A stretch of DNA of 63,199 nucleotides, from positions 1 to 63,199 of the forward strand of contig JAGBOJ010000008.1 of NCBI GenBank assembly GCA_017633935.1, written 5' to 3'. The position numbers and the translations under genes are program-made. Source of the DNA: Lachnospiraceae bacterium (GTDB taxonomy: Bacteria; Bacillota; Clostridia; Lachnospirales; Lachnospiraceae). Numbering within the stretch: position 1 is the first letter of the stretch; the number at the start of each line of letters is the position of its first letter. This document shows, in pieces, positions 1 to 9,900 of this stretch. A model generated the notes under the pieces. That model ran no database searches, had not been told where the DNA came from, and was given only the letters and a program-made list of their open reading frames with translations.

Positions 1-213
1 GAGCAAAAACTTGATGAAAAGTATACGGTGTGCGAGCTAATCAAAACTCTACGAAGCATGAACTTCTTTAAAATGAGCGGTATCGGCTACTTACCTGAAT
101 ACACCCGCACAGAAATCACAGACGATTTACATGATGTATTCGGATTCAGAACAGATACAGAGATTGTTCCCACACGTAACATGCGATCCATTATAGCTTC
201 TACAAAAAAATAA
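1..213 (+). CDS. C-terminal end of a transposase, IS1634-like (5' part outside the window)
   Basis: Frame is open from base 1 (EQKLDEKYTVCELIKTLRSMNF...YTRTEITDDLHDVFGFRTD). It resembles C-termini of IS1634-family transposases of Clostridia and is followed by a hairpin and an IR-like end. Confidence 0.7.
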   Translation, partial: EQKLDEKYTVCELIKTLRSMNFFKMSGIGYLPEYTRTEITDDLHDVFGFRTDTEIVPTRNMRSIIASTKK

Positions 214-240
214 TCCCGACGCTACACCAACGATCATAAC

Positions 241-311
241 AAAACTGCGGATACATCCCATAATTACTGGATTTATCCGCAGTTTTCTCTTTTTCAACTG
301 TCAAAAACAGG
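241..311 (+). mobile_element. Right end of the IS1634-like element: subterminal hairpin plus putative terminal inverted repeat
   Basis: 18-bp stem with 1 mismatch (241-258 / 269-286), then TTTTCAACTGTCAAAAACAGG (291-311), which looks like an IS end. The partner IR lies outside the window, so it cannot be confirmed. Confidence 0.5.
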
Positions 312-420
312 CGCCATATACGCATATACGCAATACAAATAAAATTTGCGCAAAAAATAAAGCCATTACTGGCTTCCGAGGATTTTGGGTGTCAAACTTC
401 CGTGAATATGGATTGACGGA

Positions 421-2334
421 AAGGGGCTGTCGCTTTAGATGATTAAATCATCTAAGCGAGGCCCCTTTTTCTTGCCATAAATTGTGGATTCGAGAAATGG
501 TTTTCGTTGTTATTGTGAAAAATTGAGTACTTTAACAAGCCGATGTGATAATCGGGGCATTGTTGCCTTTTTCGTTTTGAAGTGTCAAAAATTATGAGGC
601 TTTTTTCAATTCAAACAGATGCGTTCCGGTTCGATCAGTTACAATCTTATGATGCAGCTTATTTATGTCATAACCGATTGCCAGAAGTATGCTCTGTGCA
701 AGAACATTTTCTTTTCCGCGATACAGATATCTTCTGAAATTCATGTCTTCTTTCACGTTTGCGAAGGATCCTTCCGCTTGAATACTACGGTTCATTCTCA
801 GCTGAGTTCCGTAATCGCTGGTTATTCGTTCAAGACATTCTGCCCGTTTTTCTTCCATTTTTCTTGAAACTGAAAGCTTCTTGTTTCTCTCTTCAAACGC
901 GGTCTTGCAGTTATTGCCTTTAATACAGTCTTTCTTGTATGGACAGTAGTTGCAACTTTCACACTCATATATAGTTACTTCCCGCTGATACCCCGTTGCT
1001 GTTTTTTGTGTTCTTTTGGATACTGCAGTGAGCTGTTTGCCATTTCTACATATGTAGCTGTCTGATTCGGGATCATAGTCCATGTTTTCACGTCTGCTTA
1101 TGTCTTTCCTGAACTTCCTTGTTTTTGAAAGTTCATAGTTCTGAGGCTTGATGTATGCAGTCTGTTCGTTGGATTCGATAAAAATATAATTCTCTTCGCT
1201 TTCATAGCCTGCATCAGCAACGATATTCTTATACTTGAATGTAAGATGATCCTCCATGCCTTTAAGGAACGGAATCAGTGTAATGGTATCTGTTGGAGCT
1301 GGGAATACATCCAGCCATGTGACATACTCTGAATCCACTCCATGCTGCAGGTTATATGCTGGTTTAAGCTGACCGTTGAGCATGGCATCTTCCTTCATCC
1401 TCATGAATGTTGCATCTGTATCAGTCTTTGAATAACTGTTTCTGCTACCGCATACATAAAGCTTGTGATTGTACTCTTTGAGTTTTTCGATGTATTCTTC
1501 AAGGTTTTCTATTGAACGCTGGAGTGGAGTCTTTCTTTTTCCAATACCATGTACGAACTGGATACCTTCATCATCCTTGAGTTTATACAGTTTTTTCCTT
1601 AGACGCTTAATGGTGTGTAATGATATCTGATCGTTATAGACTACTTTTATCCCATAGAGTTCTTCACATTCAGCGCAGAAAATACATATTTTTTCAGTCA
1701 GCTTTATCATGTTCTTGGATACAGCTTTCTTCCATACAAAGGTGTATTTATTGGCAACTGACTCTATCTTGGTTCCGTCAATAAAGATATTCTCACCTGA
1801 AATCTCGCCAAGTTCGAGCAGTATTGTTCCGACCTGTGCCATGATCTGCTTAGCGCATTGTGAGAGATGAATTGATATAAATCTTGCTATGGTGGAATGA
1901 TCAGGAGCAGGTGCTCCGTCCAAAAGGTACATGAAATTAATGTCTCTCTTGCAGGCAGACTCAATATCACGACTTGAATAGACTCTGTTCATTGCTGCAT
2001 AGATTACAATCTTAAGCATCTGACGTGGTGTGACCTGATTCTTTCTGATTCTGTCATAAGTCTCATAAAGATCAGAAAGATTCATTTCCTCCACAAATGC
2101 ACTTACCAGGCGTACCGGATCATCAGATGGAATAGATATTTCTATGTCGAGCGGAAGTTTGATTTGATGATAAAAGGAAGATACAGTATAATCTCCTTGT
2201 AAGATTTTGTTTAGTTGCATAAACATATTTTACAGCAAAAATCGGGTTTTTCGAAGCCCGATTTTTGTGTTAAACACAGTATTTTCGCATACAAAAAGGG
2301 GCCTTGCACTAATTTCTTAGTGCGACAGCCCCTT
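421..2334 (-). mobile_element. IS1182-family insertion sequence
   Basis: Perfect 13-bp terminal inverted repeats AAGGGGCTGTCGC (421-433) / GCGACAGCCCCTT (2322-2334) bracket a full-length DDE transposase. No clear target-site duplication seen. Confidence 0.85.
592..2226 (-). CDS. IS1182-family DDE transposase
   Basis: 544 aa with SSRDIE...APDHSTIARF, FIDGTKIES, SKTDTDATFMRMKED, VADAGYESE, a Cys-rich insertion and RSIQAEGSF, all typical of IS1182 transposases. Confidence 0.92.
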   Translation of the reverse strand: MFMQLNKILQGDYTVSSFYHQIKLPLDIEISIPSDDPVRLVSAFVEEMNLSDLYETYDRIRKNQVTPRQMLKIVIYAAMNRVYSSRDIESACKRDINFMYLLDGAPAPDHSTIARFISIHLSQCAKQIMAQVGTILLELGEISGENIFIDGTKIESVANKYTFVWKKAVSKNMIKLTEKICIFCAECEELYGIKVVYNDQISLHTIKRLRKKLYKLKDDEGIQFVHGIGKRKTPLQRSIENLEEYIEKLKEYNHKLYVCGSRNSYSKTDTDATFMRMKEDAMLNGQLKPAYNLQHGVDSEYVTWLDVFPAPTDTITLIPFLKGMEDHLTFKYKNIVADAGYESEENYIFIESNEQTAYIKPQNYELSKTRKFRKDISRRENMDYDPESDSYICRNGKQLTAVSKRTQKTATGYQREVTIYECESCNYCPYKKDCIKGNNCKTAFEERNKKLSVSRKMEEKRAECLERITSDYGTQLRMNRSIQAEGSFANVKEDMNFRRYLYRGKENVLAQSILLAIGYDINKLHHKIVTDRTGTHLFELKKAS

Positions 2335-2373
2335 CTTTTTCTGATCAGGTCTTATGCGTTTTTTTTATAAAGA

Positions 2374-2919
2374 TTACAGCCAGTCTACCTTCCCGGTCTT
2401 TATATCGTATATGGCACCCACAACCTGAAGCTTATCGAGCAGGTCGGCGGGAAGCTGTGATACGACTTTATCTACGCTGTTTTTCACATTAAGCTCAGCA
2501 GCCTTCCTACCGTCCTTTTCATCTTTGATCGCTTCTTTTATCTCATCTGTAATGAAGGATACAAATCCGTGTCCTCCGCCTTCAATAGCTGCTCCCACAG
2601 CACCGCAATTTGTATGCCCGAGGATGACCACAAGAGGAGATCCTAAATGACCGGCGGCATATTCGATACTTCCGAGCTGATTATTGTCAATAACATTACC
2701 GGCGACCCTTATGGTGAAAAGCTCACCGATCCCTGCCGAAAAGATAGCTTCGGGAATGACTCTCGAGTCGGAGCAGGCTACAACTATCGCATAGGGGTGC
2801 TGTCCGTTTACTGTCGTATCCTCCCTGATCGCGGGTGAAACATCACCGGGATTGGAAGAAAGAGAAAGATATTTTTCGTTGCCCTGCTTAAGCTTATCAA
2901 GTGCCTGAGATGAATTCAT
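2374..2919 (-). CDS. Beta-class carbonic anhydrase
   Basis: Zinc-ligand motifs ACSDSRV and GHTNCGAV, plus RVAGN; AGGAGG SD upstream on the minus strand. Confidence 0.93.
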   Translation of the reverse strand: MNSSQALDKLKQGNEKYLSLSSNPGDVSPAIREDTTVNGQHPYAIVVACSDSRVIPEAIFSAGIGELFTIRVAGNVIDNNQLGSIEYAAGHLGSPLVVILGHTNCGAVGAAIEGGGHGFVSFITDEIKEAIKDEKDGRKAAELNVKNSVDKVVSQLPADLLDKLQVVGAIYDIKTGKVDWL

Positions 2920-3048
2920 ATGATATCCTCCTTTTTGATTTGTGAGGCGCGGCAGCGCCTGTGCTTAGAAACAGTCCAGATAGTGTGAATGGATCATATT
3001 GCTTATCAAGCAAGCTTGAAAGCATTATGACCTTTTGATCCCGACATC

Positions 3049-3057
3049 ATTATAACA
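3049..3057 (-). promoter_or_regulatory. Extended -10 promoter (TGnTATAAT) for the carbonic anhydrase gene
   Basis: Minus strand reads TGTTATAAT about 130 bp upstream of the start codon; divergent from the glgC promoter. Confidence 0.5.
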
Positions 3058-3110
3058 GGAATATAACAAAAAAACAGCGAAATGCACAAGAATTTCATCG
3101 AAAAATCAAA

Positions 3111-3139
3111 TTTACACAGCATAATTATGATGTTATAAT
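3111..3139 (+). promoter_or_regulatory. SigA-type promoter for glgCD
   Basis: TTTACA (3111-3116), 17-bp spacer, then TG-n-TATAAT (3131-3139). Confidence 0.7.
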
Positions 3140-3142
3140 ACT

Positions 3143-3240
3143 AGGAAACGAATTTATTCGTTTCCTGATCGCAGGACGCTTCTTTAGGCGTCCTGCGACT
3201 CCCAGTACATAGTAAACGCAATTATTTATTGCGTTTACTA
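3143..3240. repeat. Three-hairpin intergenic repeat, copy A
   Basis: Hairpins at 3143-3166, 3169-3198 and 3210-3240. The reverse complement matches 6180-6270 (53/61 identical in the ungapped core). Confidence 0.85.
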
Positions 3241-3285
3241 AAAAAACAGGGCTCTGATCCAAAAAACAGCCTAAGGTGGAATATT

Positions 3286-4560
3286 ATGGTAAAAAAGGAA
3301 ATGATAGCTATGCTTCTTGCCGGTGGGCAGGGCAGCAGACTTGGAGTTCTTACGACCCGGATGGCAAAACCGGCAGTTCCTTTTGGCGGAAAATACAGGA
3401 TAATAGATTTCCCGCTGTCAAATTGTATCAATTCAGGTATAGATACGGTAGGAGTATTAACACAGTATCAGCCTCTGAGACTTAATACTCATATAGGGAT
3501 AGGGATTCCATGGGATCTTGACAGAAATATCGGCGGTGTGACGATATTGCCGCCGTTTGAAAGAAACATCAATACCGACTGGTACACGGGGACGGCTAAT
3601 GCCATATACCAGAATATAGAGTATATGGAAAGCTATAATCCGGATTATGTCCTGATCCTTTCAGGGGATCATATATATAAAATGGACTACGAGGTAATGC
3701 TGGATTATCATAAGTCGAATAAGGCGGCGGTCACTATTGCGGCAATGCCGGTTCCCGTGGAGGAAGCAAAGCGTTTCGGGATAGTAATAACAGATGAGGA
3801 AAGACGGATAACCGAATTTGAGGAAAAGCCCGATCATCCGCACGGAAACTTTGCGTCGATGGGTATATATATTTTTAACTGGAAGGTATTAAAGGAAGCG
3901 CTCATAGCCAATGCGGAACAGCCCAATCTGGATTTCGGAAAGCATGTGATCCCGTATTGCCACGAAAAGGATATGAGGCTGTTTGCGTATGAATACAACA
4001 GCTACTGGAAGGATGTCGGGACATTAAACTCATACTGGGAAGCCAATATGGAGCTGATAGATATAATCCCGGAGTTTAATCTGTATGAAGAGTACTGGAA
4101 GATCTATACAAAGTGTGAGACGCTTCCGCCCCAGTATCTGGCAGCGGGCTCAGAGATTGAAGGAAGCATTATCGGTGAGGGCTGTGAGATATACGGAAAG
4201 GTTTATCATTCCGTAATAGGCTGTGATGTCCACATAGGTCCCAATACGGTAGTGCGTGATTCGATAATCATGAATAAATCCAGACTGGGGAGTGACTGTG
4301 AGTTTAATAAGACGATAGTTGCCGAAAATTCGCTTATCGGAAATAATGTGAGGACAGGTACGGGAGATGAGGTCGAAAATGAGACCGACCCTGCGATATA
4401 TACAAACGGGCTGGTAACGATAGCCGAGCATACCATCCTGCCCGACGGGATCAGTCTGGGTAAGAACAGCGTGATAAGCGGTGTTTTTGAAAAAGAGGAT
4501 TTTAAGGATCGTATGCTGGCACCGGGGAAAACTCTTATAAAGGCAGGTGAAATGCTATGA
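3286..4560 (+). CDS. glgC: Glucose-1-phosphate adenylyltransferase (ADP-glucose pyrophosphorylase), catalytic subunit
   Basis: [44 protein letters not shown] and YWKDVGT. Start placed at ATG 3286 after the AAGGTGGA SD. Confidence 0.95.
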   Translation: MVKKEMIAMLLAGGQGSRLGVLTTRMAKPAVPFGGKYRIIDFPLSNCINSGIDTVGVLTQYQPLRLNTHIGIGIPWDLDRNIGGVTILPPFERNINTDWYTGTANAIYQNIEYMESYNPDYVLILSGDHIYKMDYEVMLDYHKSNKAAVTIAAMPVPVEEAKRFGIVITDEERRITEFEEKPDHPHGNFASMGIYIFNWKVLKEALIANAEQPNLDFGKHVIPYCHEKDMRLFAYEYNSYWKDVGTLNSYWEANMELIDIIPEFNLYEEYWKIYTKCETLPPQYLAAGSEIEGSIIGEGCEIYGKVYHSVIGCDVHIGPNTVVRDSIIMNKSRLGSDCEFNKTIVAENSLIGNNVRTGTGDEVENETDPAIYTNGLVTIAEHTILPDGISLGKNSVISGVFEKEDFKDRMLAPGKTLIKAGEML

Positions 4561-5675
4561 GGGCGATAGGGATAATACTTGCAGGCGGCAACAGTCACCG
4601 TATGAAAGAGCTTTCCAAAAAAAGAGCGGTCGCAGCCATGCCGATAGCGGGAAGCTACAGGAGCATTGATTTTGCTCTTTCAAGCATGACAAATTCCCAT
4701 ATACAGAAAGTAGCCGTGTTCACGCAATATAATGCGGGCTCGTTAAATGAACACTTAAGTTCGTCAAAGTGGTGGGATTTCGGAAGGAAGCAGGGTGGAT
4801 TATATGTATTCACTCCGGCTGTGACGGCCGATAATAATTTCTGGTACAGAGGCACGGCCGATGCAATGTATCAGAATCTGAGCTTCTTAAAAAACAGCCA
4901 TGAGCCTTATGTCATCATTGCCTCCGGAGACGGCATATATAAGCTGGATTACGGCAAGCTGTTAGAATATCATATAGCCAGAAAAGCGGACATCACCGTG
5001 GTCGTAAAGGAAATGGACCCCGGAGAGCCGGTCGAGAGATACGGCATAGTCAAGATGAATGAGGATGACAGGATAGAAGAGTTTGAGGAAAAGCCCATTG
5101 TTGCACATTCAAATATCATATCCTGCGGCATCTACATCATAAGAAGAAGGCAGCTTATAGAGCTGATCGAAAAGAGCGCAAAGGAGGACCGGCATGATTT
5201 TGTAAGGGACATCCTTATCCGCTATAAATCATTAAAGAGGATATACGGCTACAGAATAAAGAGCTATTGGCGCAATATTGCCACGGTAGAGGATTATTAC
5301 AAAACGAATATGGATTTTCTTAACCCGGATGTCAGGGATTATTTTCTCCATAAATATCCCGACATATATTCAAGGGTTGAGGATCTGCCTCCGGCAAAAT
5401 ACAATATCGGAGCCAGGGTTTCAAACAGTCTCATATCGGCAGGCTGTATAATAAACGGGAAGGTTGAAGGCTCGGTTTTATTTAAGAAAGTATTTGTGGG
5501 GAATAATTGTACGATAAAAAATTCAATAATACTTAATGACGTGTATATAGGCGATAATTCGCATATAGAGAACTGTATAGTTGAAAGCAGGGGGACCATA
5601 AGAGGAAATTCGTTTTACAAGGAGGAAAACGGCATACAAGTGGTGGTTGAGTCCAATGAAAGGTATATTTTATAG
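4557..5675 (+). CDS. glgD: Glucose-1-phosphate adenylyltransferase subunit GlgD
   Basis: Degenerate AGPase paralogue ([21 protein letters not shown]) overlapping the glgC stop (ATGA). Confidence 0.93.
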   Translation: MRAIGIILAGGNSHRMKELSKKRAVAAMPIAGSYRSIDFALSSMTNSHIQKVAVFTQYNAGSLNEHLSSSKWWDFGRKQGGLYVFTPAVTADNNFWYRGTADAMYQNLSFLKNSHEPYVIIASGDGIYKLDYGKLLEYHIARKADITVVVKEMDPGEPVERYGIVKMNEDDRIEEFEEKPIVAHSNIISCGIYIIRRRQLIELIEKSAKEDRHDFVRDILIRYKSLKRIYGYRIKSYWRNIATVEDYYKTNMDFLNPDVRDYFLHKYPDIYSRVEDLPPAKYNIGARVSNSLISAGCIINGKVEGSVLFKKVFVGNNCTIKNSIILNDVYIGDNSHIENCIVESRGTIRGNSFYKEENGIQVVVESNERYIL

Positions 5676-5848
5676 GTTGAAAGTGTGTAATGTTTATGTT
5701 ATAAATATAGAAAGGGAGGAGTTTTTCGTTTAACGGCCGAGAAAGTACGGAGGCGGTGATATAAGTAAGGAAGTGAGTATATTATTACAGTGAATGACGG
5801 ACTTGTAGCTCATGAGTAATTATGTAATTAAAGAAAAGGAGCGACGCC

Positions 5849-6112
5849 ATGGAGATTACTGATGTTAGGATTAGGAAAGTTGATAAAGAAGGGAAAATGA
5901 AGGCTATAGTTTCAATCACGCTTGATGATGTTTTTGTTGTGCATGACATCAAAGTGATCGAAGGGGAGAAGGGTTTATTCATCGCAATGCCCAGCAGAAA
6001 GGGTGCAGACGGAGAATACAGAGACATAGCTCATCCTATTAATTCTGATATGAGAAATAAGATCCAGGACCTGATACTCGAGACCTACAACAAAGAGATC
6101 GCAGAGCAGTAA
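5849..6112 (+). CDS. spoVG: Septation regulator / nucleic-acid-binding protein SpoVG
   Basis: MEITDVRIR...[21 protein letters not shown]...YRDIAHPI; AAGGAG SD. Confidence 0.96.
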   Translation: MEITDVRIRKVDKEGKMKAIVSITLDDVFVVHDIKVIEGEKGLFIAMPSRKGADGEYRDIAHPINSDMRNKIQDLILETYNKEIAEQ

Positions 6113-6150
6113 AGGCTGCATTGCGGAAAATAAAAAATATTGATATTATT

Positions 6151-6178
6151 AGAGGACGCCTGCAACGGGGTCCTCTTT
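6151..6178 (+). terminator. Probable intrinsic terminator after spoVG
   Basis: AGAGGAC...GTCCTCT stem followed by a short T/A run. Confidence 0.45.
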
Positions 6179-6179
6179 A

Positions 6180-6270
6180 TATTGAACGCAATTTCGTTCA
6201 ATATATAACGGGAGTGGCAGAACGCCTGAAGATGCGTCCTGAAAACAGGAAACGAATAAATTCATTTCCT
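6180..6270. repeat. Three-hairpin intergenic repeat, copy B (inverted relative to copy A)
   Basis: Matches the reverse complement of 3143-3240, with compensatory changes in the first hairpin. Confidence 0.85.
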
Positions 6271-6310
6271 GTAATTGTGAAGTCGATGAGCCAAGGAGAG
6301 TATTTAATAT

Positions 6311-6907
6311 ATGTTCGGAAAACTGAAAAAACAAAATCCGGATACAGTGATAATAGCCGGACTCGGCAATCCCGAGGCAAAATACGCAGGGACAAGACAC
6401 AACACGGGCTACGATATAATAGATGAATTAAGCCGGAAATACGGCATCAGGTTGAATAGGGAAAAATTTAAGGGTCTGTACGGAAAGGGCAGGATAGAAG
6501 GAAAAGATGTTTTACTGATAAAGCCCCTAACCTATATGAATCTGAGCGGCGACTGTATATCGCAGGTCACATCATTTTACAAAACGGATATAAGCTCAGG
6601 GCTTATCGTGATATATGACGATATAGATCTGGATGCGGGAAGGATAAGAATAAGGGAAAACGGCTCCGCAGGCGGACATAACGGAATGAAGGATATTATA
6701 AGGAAGCTTGACAGACAGGATTTTACCAGAGTGAGGATCGGAGTAGGCGCTAAACCCGCAGACTGGGATCTGGTTGACTGGGTATTGGGACATTTTGCGG
6801 ATGAAGACAAAGAGATCATGAAGAAAGCACATGAAAGAGCAGCTGAAGCAGTGGCATCCATATTAAAGGACGGTGTTTCAAAAGCGATGAGCAGGTATAA
6901 CGGATGA
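6311..6907 (+). CDS. pth: Peptidyl-tRNA hydrolase
   Basis: GLGNP, TRHNTG, KPLTYMNLSG, GSAGGHNG and RVRIGVG. Confidence 0.96.
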   Translation: MFGKLKKQNPDTVIIAGLGNPEAKYAGTRHNTGYDIIDELSRKYGIRLNREKFKGLYGKGRIEGKDVLLIKPLTYMNLSGDCISQVTSFYKTDISSGLIVIYDDIDLDAGRIRIRENGSAGGHNGMKDIIRKLDRQDFTRVRIGVGAKPADWDLVDWVLGHFADEDKEIMKKAHERAAEAVASILKDGVSKAMSRYNG

Positions 6908-9900
6908 GATCTTTTACTGAACCGATAAAAGAACTGGGAATATTTAATGATCTTAAAAAAGCCGTAAGATCAAAGGGAATAACAGATATTGACGGCTGCA
7001 CGGACGGGGTGGGGACGTTTATCCGTTATGCGTTAAAGCCGGACGGAATCTCTCTTATTGTAGCGGACAGCGATGCGTCGGCAAGAGAGATAGCAGACGA
7101 GAATCTTCTTTTTACAAGGAATGTATTTTACTACCCTGCAAGGGACATTATTTTCTATGAATCGGATTTAAACGGAAATCTTCTTACGACCGACAGATTA
7201 AATGTGATCAGGGCAATCAATGAATATAAAGAGGGGGACTGCCTTGTCGTAGTCACGACCTTTGATGCTCTTATGGAAAAGCTCCCGCCGCTTGAATCAG
7301 TGACAGGAAATATCATAAGGATAAGCATAGGGGACAGCATTGATACCGGAGAGCTTTCAAGAAGACTTGTACGCTGCGGATACGAAAAAAACGCTGAGGC
7401 CGAAGCGGCAGGCCAGTTTGCCGTAAGGGGAGGGATCATAGATATTTTTCCCCTTACGGATGTAAATCCCGTCAGGATAGAGCTCTGGGGCGATGAGGTG
7501 GACTCTATAAGGGCATTTGATGCGATGAGTCAGCGCTCGATAGAAAAGCTTGATAATATCACCGTTTATCCGGCATCAGAGATAATAATAGATGAGGATA
7601 TAAAGCAGGATGCGTTGATAAAGATAAGGGAGGAAGGGAAAAAGCGGGAAAGTTTTTTAAGAAAACAGATGCTGACGCAGGAGGCGCACCGTATCAAAAC
7701 GGCTGTGGATATTTTCACGGAGGAACTTGAAGAGTACGGCACGGTATCGAATCCCGCCGGACTGATCGGATATTTCTATGAAAACACGGTCACTCTTCCG
7801 GATTATTTTCCGGAGGATATATCCGTGATACTGGATGAACCGTCACGCCTTGAAGAAAAGGGGCGTCTAACGCAAAAAGAATTTGAGGAGACAATGATAC
7901 ACCGTCTTGAAGGGGGCTACGTGCTTGCGGGACAGACGGATATAATGGAGAGCGTCCGGAGCGTCTTTGCAAAGCTTACGGGGTATTCCTGTCTTGCCTT
8001 TTCGACCCTGAATACCAGGCATGAGTTTTATGAGGCACGCGAAAGATACAGTCTTTCATCCAGACCCGTAAATGCTTACAACCGGAGCTTTGAAATGCTT
8101 GTATCGGACCTGAAGAAGCAAAGAAAAAACGGGTTCAGGACGATAATACTGTCTCCTTCGCATACAAGGGCAAAGCATATAGCCTCAGACCTTACGGATA
8201 ACGGGATACCGGCCTTCTACAGCGAGGAGGAGGACAGGCAGCTCTTAAAAAGCGAAGTGATGACTGCCTACGGGGGGATAAGGCACGGATTTGAACTTCC
8301 CGATATAGGCTTTCTGGTGATATCGGAGAGCGATATATTCGGAGTCAAAAAGAAAAAGAGAAAAAGACATGTTCCCTATGAAGGGACAAGGATAGCAGAT
8401 TTTACGGATCTTACGATAGGGGATTATGTCGTGCATGAAGCCCACGGTATCGGTATTTACAGGGGAATAGAGCACATAGAGATAGACGGGATCATAAGGG
8501 ATTATGTACGTATAGAATATGCCGGTAACAGCTTTGTGAATGTGATCGCTTCAAATCTTGAGTCGCTGCAGAAATTTGCTTCAGCGGACAGCGAAAAGCG
8601 GATAAAGCTGAATAAGATCGGTACAAATGAATGGAATAAGACAAGGCAGAGGGTTAAAGCCTCGGTAGAAGGTGTGGCTAAAAATCTGGTGGCGTTATAT
8701 GCCGAGAGGTCGCTTAACAAGGGCTTTGTTTACGGCCCGGATACGGTATGGCAGCAGGAGTTTGAAGAGATGTTTCCGTATGAAGAGACGGAGGATCAGG
8801 AAAGAGCCATCAGGGATGTAAAGAGGGATATGCAGAGCAGCCGGATAATGGACAGGCTCATCTGCGGAGATGTGGGCTTCGGAAAAACGGAGGTGGCTAT
8901 AAGGGCTGCTTTTAAGGCAGTACAGGAGGGAAAGCAGGCTGCATTTTTAGTGCCGACGACTATACTTGCCGAGCAGCATTACAACACCTTTGTGCAGAGA
9001 ATGTCAGCCTATCCGGTGAGGGTGGAGCTCTTATGCCGTTTCAGGACCGCATCACAGCAGAAGGAGACCATAAGGAAGCTTAAAAGCGGACTTGTGGATA
9101 TCGTGATAGGTACTCACAGACTGCTTTCAAAGGATGTGGGATTTAAGGATCTGGGACTGCTTGTGATAGACGAGGAGCAGAGGTTTGGAGTGACTCATAA
9201 GGAGCGTATAAAGGAGATGCGAAAGAATGTGGATGTGCTGACGCTGACCGCGACTCCGATACCGAGAACACTGCATATGAGCCTTGTGGGGATCAGGGAT
9301 ATGAGCCTTTTGGAGGAGGCTCCGCAGGACCGGCTTCCAATTCAGACCTTTGTGATGGAATATAATGATGAAATGGTGCGCGAGGCCATAAGCCGCGAGC
9401 TGACAAGAGGCGGTCAGGTTTATTATGTGTACAACAGGATAAACGATATAGCGGATGTGACGGCACGTATCCGTCAGCTTGTACCCGATGCGACGGTTGA
9501 GTACGCTCACGGAAGAATGGATGAGAGAAATCTTGAAAACATAATGCTGGACTTCATAAAGGGGGATATTGACGTGCTGGTATCCACAACAATAATAGAG
9601 ACCGGACTTGATATCCCGAATGTGAATACCATGATAATCCATGATTCCGACAGGATGGGACTTGCACAGCTCTATCAGCTTAGAGGGCGGGTAGGCAGAT
9701 CAAACAGGACCAGCTATGCGTTTCTTATGTACAGAAAGGATATGCTCTTAAAGGAAACTGCCGAAAAGAGACTTGCGGCAATAAGAGAATTTACCGATCT
9801 GGGCAGCGGTTTTAAGATAGCAATGAAGGATCTTGAAATAAGAGGTGCCGGAAATGTGCTGGGTGCGGAGCAGTCGGGACATATGGCCGAGGTGGGCTAT

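Noticed and set aside
315-331. Short CATATACG tandem repeat between the two IS elements
   Set aside because: Only two units; compatible with chance.
3143-3240. Riboswitch in the glgC leader
   Set aside because: No known aptamer consensus recognised, and the second copy lies in the opposite orientation relative to its downstream gene.
6180-6203. GAAC...GTTC palindrome upstream of pth-mfd as a LexA/DinR box
   Set aside because: The spacer is 8 bp rather than 4, and the palindrome is explained as hairpin 1 of the repeat element.
6121-6426. 101-aa plus-strand ORF overlapping the pth start
   Set aside because: It runs through a terminator and the hairpin repeat, has a TTG start with no SD, and overlaps pth out of frame.
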